A DNA stretch of 64,000 nucleotides from Caecitellus pseudoparvulus (Eukaryota; Protista; Bigyra: Bicosoecida): NCBI GenBank assembly GCA_965644315.1, contig CBFFRQ010000068.1:868001-932000 (forward strand), given 5' to 3'. Of this stretch, positions 56,268 to 64,000 are shown in pieces. Numbering within the stretch: position 1 is the stretch's first letter; each line of letters begins with the position of its first letter. A model generated the notes under the pieces. That model saw only the letters and a list, made by a program, of their open reading frames with translations, did no database searches and was not told the DNA's origin. The position numbers and the translations under genes are program-made.

Positions 56268-59264
56268 ATGTCAGTCGCTTGTGTTGAGGCGCCCGGCGAC
56301 CCATCGGCGTGGTGGTGGCCTGCGGAATTCGGGCTGAATCATGGGCAGGCGGGCGAGGCCTCCCACCTCTGTCGCAGAGCAAGGAGCTGGTCAAGGGTAG
56401 AATTGATCAGACTCGCAGCGGCAAGCCGAGCGTTCCAGACAGGAGAGCCTGAGTTTGTTGACATTGGAGAGGGGCCTTGGGCCAGGAAAGTGGAGGAGTT
56501 GCTCGACGCCCCTGTGCCACTGGACGCTCCCGTGTGGGCAGTGATGCAGGCTGTGCTGGATCTCCGTGTTGGCTCCCCCAGCTCCGCACACCAGGTCACA
56601 AACTGGATTCTTCAACCACTCACGAATGCTGCCGCCCCCTCCACAACCCACGTCAGTCACAGTTGGGCCGGGCGTACTCTGCGGCGTGCCGTGCTCATGC
56701 AGCGCCTGCGCCCCCCCATGCCACTGCAAGGGGCCGGGGCGACACTGGCCGCAGACGCGGCCCGCCTCATTGCGCATGTCGTCCAAGGAGGGGAGCTTGG
56801 TGTTGCCGAGCTCCGCGCTCTGTGCCGCGTGCTGGACAGGCAAGGCCTGACCAGCGTCTTGACCATCGCTCGGCTCGCCGCCGTTGCCGATTGGCAAGCA
56901 GCCATCACAGAGCTCCGGCGACGAGTGGACAGACTGCAATCACAGGACCTAAGCCAAGCTTTGGAAGGGATGCTCCTGGATGGCTGGCTGCTGGCAGGGC
57001 ACTGCCACAACCTGACAACGGAGCTGCCACCCGAAGCCCTGGAGCGGGGGCTGCGAATGGCCGCCTTTCGGGGCGACCACGCCACCTTGAAAGCCTTGGT
57101 GCGCCTGCCCCTCGCTGACATGGTACGAATCGGTGTTGCTGCTCCGGAGCAAGCGGGGCTGCTTGTCTCTGCGGCCCTGTGCGGGCCCGACGCCGGCGCA
57201 GTGCTTGAAGAGTTGCGCTTGGGACTGCAAGTGACCCAGTGTGAAACCTTTGGCCAGATGCTGGCCCAAGGTTGCATGCAGCCAGCAACGTTTGCAGAGT
57301 TGATTTCCATGCCCGGCGCCCTGCTTGCCCTGCTCGGCCCAGGGGGCATTGAAGAGCTGGTGTGTGAACTGGCGCAATCCGGGGCAGCCCGGCCACTTGA
57401 TACTCTCATCCAGCGCTGGCCGCACCTCGACCTAGGGTTCAATGGCGGGGCCCCACTGGTTCATGCCGCGAGAGCAAACCACGTTGCAGTGGTGCGGTTG
57501 CTCAGGGAGGCCCACGGCGACACGGGAGGCTGCCACCAGGTCGCTGTGCGGGCTGCGTTGGAATCGGCATGGCAGGCGCAGAGTGTAGAGGCTTTCGCGG
57601 TACTGGCAAGAATTGACGGCACAGACGTGCACGCCCTGCTACAAGACAGAACTCTTGCCTTCATGCTGCTTCGACCTGGCCACGAGCGCCTCGTAGATGC
57701 GCTGCAGGCTGTGCTGCCTCCTGGCGCTGACGTCGTCAAGGGTCACATGCTGCCCCTGTTGCTCGAGCACCTGGAGAGCAGGGCAGGGAGAGAAAAAGGC
57801 ACTGCTAGAAGTACGTCAAGACAGGGCATGCCCCTCGACAGAGTGGAAGCGGCCTTTGTCAACGGCCGGTGGGATGTGATGCACACCTGGCTGACACACT
57901 GCAGCGACGGCGACCACCCCCCCCCGCCAAGGATGCTTCAGGTGGCTTTAGCTGTGGCTGCGCGCGAAGGGCATGTCAGCATGCTGAAAATGGTCCTGGA
58001 AGTTGCGAGGGTTCACGGGACCCCCCTTTTCCATCTGCACGCGCTCGTGCAGGCCGTGCAGTGTGGCGCGTTGCCAACAGTGGAGGTGCTGTTGAACTTG
58101 CTGCCAAGCGACTTGCTAATGGAGTCTGCTCTTGCTGCTAGGCCCTCAAAGGACAGAGATGAAGGGGATTTGGGCCCCAGTGCACCTGTGGAGCTGCGCG
58201 GGAAGACCGCTGCCGAGCGACCCCGCGTGCACCTCGCAACCTTCCTGCTGCAAAAGTGTGTGTGCTGCCCGGCTGGAGACGTCACCTCGGCACTGCTGCA
58301 AAAGTGCCAGCAAGATGGACAGCCTTTGCGAAGCGTTGTTTCAGAACAAGACCCCGGCATTTTTCAGGGCGGTGCGGCAGGCGCCGGCTTGCTCACGCTG
58401 CAGCAGGCCGTGGCGGGGTCGCCCGGGGTGAGTGCTTGGCTCGAATTAAAAACCTCTGTTCCTGTGTTTGACGCGACAGGAACTCTGTACCAGTCCCTCC
58501 TGTCATGGTTTGTGGGCAGGGAGCTGAGCTGGAGCAGCCTGCGCACTTTGCAGGTCGTCCTGGCAGCTGGCTTCCACGAGGACGCAGGCTTCATGTCCGC
58601 CATCCTGCTCATGGAGGTCCTCCGCCCTGCCCTGTTTGATGTCGCCACTCCAGAAGGGCTTCCAGCTGCGGCCGCGTGTCTTGCCATGCACCTGGCATCC
58701 ATGCCGGCTCTGAGTATCGGCTGCCGACAAGCTCTTGTCCCCACCCTGGCAGACCCGGGGGCCGTCTTCCTCGTTCCCACGGATGGAACGTTCAAACCAG
58801 TGTTTCACGATGTTTTGCTGCCCCTGCTGTGTGCTGCTGATGCTACAAGTTGGCGGGATTGCCAGCTGGCAGGGTGCACCCTTGGGCGGGGCTCAGGCTG
58901 CGCCTTTCGCAGTCCCCCCTTAGAGTACCGCTTCGCCGCGGCGCAAAGCGACGGACAACCAGAGGAGACAGTGGCTGTCCCCCAAGAGATGGCTTCACCG
59001 GCAGCGGGGCATGCCGACTTTCCTGCTGCCCCCTCTGCCCGAGGCAGTTTGATGTCACCTGCCCTGGAACGACAACTGAGGCAGCCGTACCAGCTGCAGC
59101 TGGCTCCGGAGGTGAACTGGTTCCTGTTCCGCATGCTCCCAAGCGGTGTGCCTCCCGCCGAGGCACATGCGCACAAGGACCTCACGTGGGCGCTTCGACG
59201 CGACTGCATTCTGCTCCGCTCCCCGCCCCAGCCCGGCTCGTGGGCCGGGGGCAAGGAGGGGTAA
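56268..59264 (+). CDS. Ankyrin-repeat protein of unknown function
   Basis: Degenerate ANK units LRMAAFRGDHATLKALV, PLVHAARANHVAVVRLL, ALAVAAREGHVSMLKMVL and ALVQAVQCGALPTVEVLL. The ORF opens at 56073; ATG 56268 is the likelier start. Confidence 0.7.
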   Translation: MSVACVEAPGDPSAWWWPAEFGLNHGQAGEASHLCRRARSWSRVELIRLAAASRAFQTGEPEFVDIGEGPWARKVEELLDAPVPLDAPVWAVMQAVLDLRVGSPSSAHQVTNWILQPLTNAAAPSTTHVSHSWAGRTLRRAVLMQRLRPPMPLQGAGATLAADAARLIAHVVQGGELGVAELRALCRVLDRQGLTSVLTIARLAAVADWQAAITELRRRVDRLQSQDLSQALEGMLLDGWLLAGHCHNLTTELPPEALERGLRMAAFRGDHATLKALVRLPLADMVRIGVAAPEQAGLLVSAALCGPDAGAVLEELRLGLQVTQCETFGQMLAQGCMQPATFAELISMPGALLALLGPGGIEELVCELAQSGAARPLDTLIQRWPHLDLGFNGGAPLVHAARANHVAVVRLLREAHGDTGGCHQVAVRAALESAWQAQSVEAFAVLARIDGTDVHALLQDRTLAFMLLRPGHERLVDALQAVLPPGADVVKGHMLPLLLEHLESRAGREKGTARSTSRQGMPLDRVEAAFVNGRWDVMHTWLTHCSDGDHPPPPRMLQVALAVAAREGHVSMLKMVLEVARVHGTPLFHLHALVQAVQCGALPTVEVLLNLLPSDLLMESALAARPSKDRDEGDLGPSAPVELRGKTAAERPRVHLATFLLQKCVCCPAGDVTSALLQKCQQDGQPLRSVVSEQDPGIFQGGAAGAGLLTLQQAVAGSPGVSAWLELKTSVPVFDATGTLYQSLLSWFVGRELSWSSLRTLQVVLAAGFHEDAGFMSAILLMEVLRPALFDVATPEGLPAAAACLAMHLASMPALSIGCRQALVPTLADPGAVFLVPTDGTFKPVFHDVLLPLLCAADATSWRDCQLAGCTLGRGSGCAFRSPPLEYRFAAAQSDGQPEETVAVPQEMASPAAGHADFPAAPSARGSLMSPALERQLRQPYQLQLAPEVNWFLFRMLPSGVPPAEAHAHKDLTWALRRDCILLRSPPQPGSWAGGKEG

Positions 59265-59269
59265 GCCAG

Positions 59270-62200
59270 CTACCACAGACCTATGGCCTCCAAGGCCATG
59301 GCCTCCTGCGCGCCATCCTCTTCGGCTACCTCCAGCTGCACTGCGAAGCAGCTGTTGCACACGCGAACTGGATCCACGAAGCCCAGCGTCAGGAGGGGCA
59401 GGCGGTGTGCGGAGCACTTGCCGCAGAAGACCCCGCCACAGTTCCGGCAGTGGTGCCGCCGCTGGGAGAAGCTGAACTTCACTGAGCAGCGCATGCACTG
59501 GGCGGCCTCGGCGTCTCCAATCCACTCCTTGGCCACCAGAATGACGGTGTGGCGCCCACCGCAAGCAACAGCCCGCACCTCCTTGCCCTGCAGTGTGTCC
59601 ACCAGGACCGGCCCCAGGCCCAGCGTGTTCACGACAGGGTCACAGAAGCCCTCCACGGCACAGGACCCACCGCCATGCATGCAGTCCAACGGGACCCGCA
59701 TGCCCAGGCGGGGGTGCCCGGCGCGGGGGCGCCCGTCCCCCGGCCGGCTCGAGGTCGGCGCCAGGGCCATGCTGCTCGGGACATGGCCGCCTGAGGCGCC
59801 GCCCAGGGTTAATTTGGGAGGTGGGTGGTACGACATGGCAGCGGCGGAGTCCCCCGTGCCCCACACCGCCCCCATGCTGTCCCTCGGGGACCCGGACAGG
59901 GCGGGGATGGCTGCCTCCACACTGCGTCGCATGGACCGGCGCCGGTGGCCCCCGGAGCGCAGGCCGGCAGTTACCATGCTCAGCACCTCGGCCACCTCCT
60001 GCTCCGCCCCACGTGCCTGCCCCGGAGTGCTGCCCACCCCCCCCGCCATGCCGATGTCCTGCCAGGTGGGGCCCAAGACACGCTCCGTGCCGGAGGCGGC
60101 AGCCACTGCCGCTGCTGCTGTGGCAGCTGCCATGGCTGCTGCTGTTCCCCCCGTCTCAAACGCCATGGAAATGGAGTGGGGGCGCAAGGCCGAGCCAGCG
60201 GCAGAAGCAGGCGGCGGCAGCAAGGACACACGTGGGACCCTGCTTCCGCGCCGGCGGTGGGCGGGCGGGGCAGGTGGAGACCCCGCGGTCCCCGCCACCT
60301 CACCCTTGCTTTCCTTCCTGTCCCCCACCTGCTGCACCTGCCGCTCGCTGGGCAAGCGCGAGCCCATGTCCAGCAGGGCTTGCGCGTCCAGGCCGAAGAA
60401 CGCGGCGGCATCCACTCCGTCGTCACCGGCGCCGCGCGGGGAGGAGCTCCCCCCCTCGCCAGTCAGGGAAGCCAGCAGGCCTGAGGACGTGTCGTCTTCC
60501 CCTCGTCCCCGCAGCAGTTCATGCGCAAAGGCGTGGCTGCTGGGGCGGCCATCGTCGGGACTGCGGTGGCGCCCCTGCACCGACCCGGGGGCAGGCGCAC
60601 CGCTGCCGCGCCCCTTGCCTGCCCGGACGATGGCATCCGCTAGCTCCTGGGCCGTGCCGTGCACGGGCGCAACCTGGGGCGGGCGCGTCAGCGGCAGGAC
60701 GAGGAGGGACCCCAGTTTGGCCATGAGGCCGAGGAGGAGGAGGGGGCCTGTGGGGCCGCCCTCCTCCACCCCTGCCGTGCTGCCAAAGAGGTTGCGCACG
60801 CTGAGCAAGGAGGTGGGCACGGTGGAGGCGCCCCACCCACGCCCCTTGCGCAAGGCATGCCCTGCATCGCCGTCCGTAGAAGCGTGCTGCCCTCGGCTGG
60901 CAGGGTCCTGCTTCAAGGAGCCGCTGGGGGGGCGCAGGATGCGCGTGTCTGTGCGGGGCCGGGCGGGGGGGCTGCCCTCCTCTTTCCACTCCAGCGCCCC
61001 GCCCGCCTCCTCGGCGGCGGACCCACCTGCCCCGGTCGTGCCTGCCCGCAGCACACGGCTGGCACGGTCTGGTGCCGGCGCCTCTGGTGGCGCCTGGGAC
61101 CCCACGCTCATGCGAGTGGCGTTGGGTTCGGGCAGCCCATCCAGGGACTCCACGATGGCGCCTCGCCCGTTAATGCACAGGCAAGCGGCGGCATCTGCAG
61201 GCAGTAGAGGCACCCTGCCCGTGCTGTTGGGGTGCGGGGTCTGCAGGTTTTGCCGACGCAGGGGTGAGGAGGGGCTGTTGGGGGGCGTCGCGGGTGCTGC
61301 ACCGGGGCGTGGCGCGCCCCCCAACACGTGGTCGGGAGTCAAGGCGTACCCCCCCAGCGCGTTGCCCACGGCATCGTGTAGGTCGTGGACCTTGCCAGGC
61401 GGCAGGAGGGGGGGCGGCGGCACCGCCACGCCCAGGCGCCCGTCTGAGCCCACGCCACACACAAACAGCTGCCCGGTTGACGTGACGAGAGCCGTGTGGA
61501 AATCCCCCGCAGCCACAGCCCGCACGCCAGACAGGGGCAGGCAGGTGCTGCCGCCGCTGAGCAGCTCGCGCAGGGCAGGCGTGGGCGGCAGGGCCGTGGC
61601 GGCGGGGTGTGCGGCTGCCAGGTCGGCCAGGGCAGAGGGCGTGACATAGGCAGCCACGCCGGCGATGGAGGGCGCCTTCGCCGCCAGAGCACGTGAGATG
61701 CCCCGTGTCAACAGCTCAGCCATGCGGGGGTGCAGGCGCACTGAGCCGCCGGGGGGTGTGGGCGGGACCCATCCCGCTGAGCGGGCTGCGTCCACAGACC
61801 CAGCGATGGTGGAGGCCAGCTGTGCAACCAGTGGCGCCATGACCCGCATGGGGGTGGGCACGCACAGGGAAGAGGTGGGGACTGCGCCCAGTGTGGGGGG
61901 GGGCGTGTCCTGCCCCGGGATGGCAGGGGGGCGCGCCACCCACTCGCCACTGCGTGCCATGACGGCGCTAAGGGTGGCGCTGGGCACGGCTGTGGTGACG
62001 CCGGCGCCGCCTCCCGACTCTACGTCCACAGGCAGCACCACGTGCCCCAGCTGCCCCTGCCCCGCCGCCCCCCAGGCCCAGGCGGAGAAGGTGGAGCCGG
62101 GCGCCGTCGGCACACCCCGGCGAGGCCGCACCCCCGGCCCGTCCATGTCCGTGCTGCCGCTGCTGACGCGAGACACGGAGGAGGGGCGACTGGTCGGCCC

Positions 62201-64000
62201 GTCCCCCGCCACTGCCACTGTGTGTGCGGCGCCACAGGCCAGCGTCACAACCCTCTCCCCCAGGCGCTCTACATGCGTGGGCACGTGGCGGTCCCGCATG
62301 TCCCCTGTGCCCAGGGCGCCAGTTCCGTTCCACCCCCACGTGAACAGGCGGCCGGACAGCCCGACAGCCCCCGCGTGGTAGTGCCCCGCAGCGAGGGACA
62401 CGATGCTTTCGCCCTGGCGCACGAGGCCGCGGAGCAGCTTGAAGGTGGTGGACATGGCGGGGGGCTGGGAGGCGGGGGTGTCCGTGCCCAACACCCCCCC
62501 CACGTTGGTGCCAGCAGTGTACAGGCAGCCGCCCTCGTCCAACACCAGCGTGAAGGTCGCGCCAGCCGCCCCAGACACGACGAAGGCGGGGGTGTCTGGC
62601 AGGTCCTCTGCCAGTGTCCCTGGCTCCGCGTCCTCGTCCATGCCCAGCGCTGAGCTGCGCTGCCCCAGCAAGCTGTGCCGGTGCAGGGAGAGGGTGGAGG
62701 AGGCACGCCGGCGGCCAGGCAGGGGGGACCGGGTGCCCACACTGTCCCCCCGCGACAAACCACTGCCCATGGAGCCGGGGGGGGACAGGGGCCCACCCCC
62801 GGACGCGGCAGGGGACATCAGGGGCGACGCTGGTGCGGGCGTCCCACCCTCCGCCGGGTGGGTGCTGTGAACCTGCTGCACGATGGTGGGGCGCAGGCGG
62901 TCCCGGCAGTCCCCATGTCCCAGCTGCCCATGCGCATTGCTGCCCCAGGTGAGCAGGGCACCTTGCTCGGAGACCCCCAGGGAGTGCCGTGTCCCAGCAG
63001 CCACGAAGGTGAACCGGATGGGAGCGGGCGCCTGCGCCCCCCCACCTCCCGGCCGCACCAGCATGACAGGCTTGGAGCAGTCGGCCGTAGAGCCAGTGCC
63101 CAGGCGCCCCGCGCCGCCCTTGCCCCAGGCGAAGGCTTCCCCCGTCTCAGACAGTGCCAGACTATGCTCTGCTCCACACGCCACCTGGCGGATAGCCTTG
63201 CCCAGCAGCTTGTTCACGATGCGGGGCAGGGCTTGGGCGGGCCGGCCACAGTCGTGCAGCGTGGCTGGGCCATCATACGCAAGGGCAGGGTGCCCGTGGC
63301 CAGCCTGCCCCCACCCCGCCCCGCCAGCGGACAGCACATCACACCGCTTGCGAATGCCCCTTCGCAGGGTCTGGTTCAGGTCCCCGCCGGGGTCTGACGT
63401 CACTGCCGCCTGGATGGAGCCGGCCGAGTCACTCTGCAGGCTCAGTGCCACTGCCAGGCGGTCTGTGACGGCCCCTGCAGCAGCCTCCACTGACGCCGCG
63501 GCAGCCGTGTCCCCGCCTGCGAAATGTGAGCCGGCCTGGGCGATGCGGCGGCGGTGGCGGGCCATTTGCAGCAGTTGCTCCCGCCGCGCCACCAACTGGG
63601 CGGTGGGCGGTGGGCCCTGGACCAGGAATGCCAGGCCCCGCACCCACACCTCGAACTCTCGCCGGTCCTTGGCCACCAGGTCAAGGGAGCGGCAGGGGGA
63701 GCCCAGCGTGGGTGGGGCGGAAGGGCTGGGGGATGGGCCGGTGGCGGCGTCCGTGTACAGGAGGGAGAAGGAGAGTTTGTCCAGGGATGCCCGGCCGTTC
63801 TTGCGGAACACCTCTGTGTGTTGCCCCTTCACGAGGGTGGCGGAGCAGAGGAGAACTGCGCAGGTGCAGGGCGAGGCACTGCAGGCATCCCATGGCGCAC
63901 TGGCCGGGCAGCCCCACACGCACTGCGACGGTCTGACTCGGCCTTCTTGTTGGAGAACCAGCTCAAGAAGCGGCAGTCAGGGCTCAAGGTCAGCATGCTG
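59270..64000 (-). CDS. PH-RCC1-FYVE (PRAF-like) protein, 5'-partial; intron 63923-63856
   Basis: PH motifs LTLSPDCRFLSW..GQHTEVF..SFSLLY..RSLDLVAKDRREFEVWVRGL, several RCC1 blades (VACGAEHSLALSETGEAFAWGKGGAGRLG) and a C-terminal FYVE WIGD..RRHHCRNCGGVFC..VRVCNSC. Confidence 0.9.

Noticed and set aside
59283-61649. 788-aa plus-strand ORF
   Set aside because: Antisense shadow of the very GC-rich PH-RCC1-FYVE gene.
1-64000. tRNA/rRNA genes, transposons, inteins/Hint domains
   Set aside because: None recognised by eye and intergenic space is minimal. Small ncRNAs cannot be excluded without a covariance-model search.

Overview
This is GC-rich eukaryotic nuclear DNA with the standard code, short GT-AG introns (61-146 nt) and very dense genes. 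It is probably from a heterotrophic stramenopile (inference from gene content). The left half is a head-to-head pair of giant, collinear cadherin paralogs whose start codons are separated by 414 bp. The plus-strand gene is complete, about 6,093 aa: signal peptide, LamG/lectin-like head, 11 cadherin repeats, IPT/TIG repeats, Cys-rich neck and about 9 TM helices, like 'Nonagonal' cadherins. The minus-strand paralog (>4,350 aa) runs off the left edge and is therefore missing from the supplied ORF track. In both, the first cadherin repeat is split by a triple ~130-aa 'PDFDSGWF...YGG...VRLWAP' repeat and a PAN-like module sits between repeats 6 and 7, while the lectin heads differ. The right half holds, in order: URM1, a NUDT17-like Nudix hydrolase, a short tRNase Z, WDR27-like, an Ala/Lys-repeat protein with a possible AP2 domain, a PWWP-ePHD chromatin protein, MIC19-like, WASH1, a class-2 DYRK, a DENN protein with an apparent ENTH domain, an ankyrin-repeat protein and a PH-RCC1-FYVE protein (5' end outside the window). 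I recognised no RNA genes, mobile elements or CRISPR arrays. All domain calls are by-eye motif recognition, not database hits.
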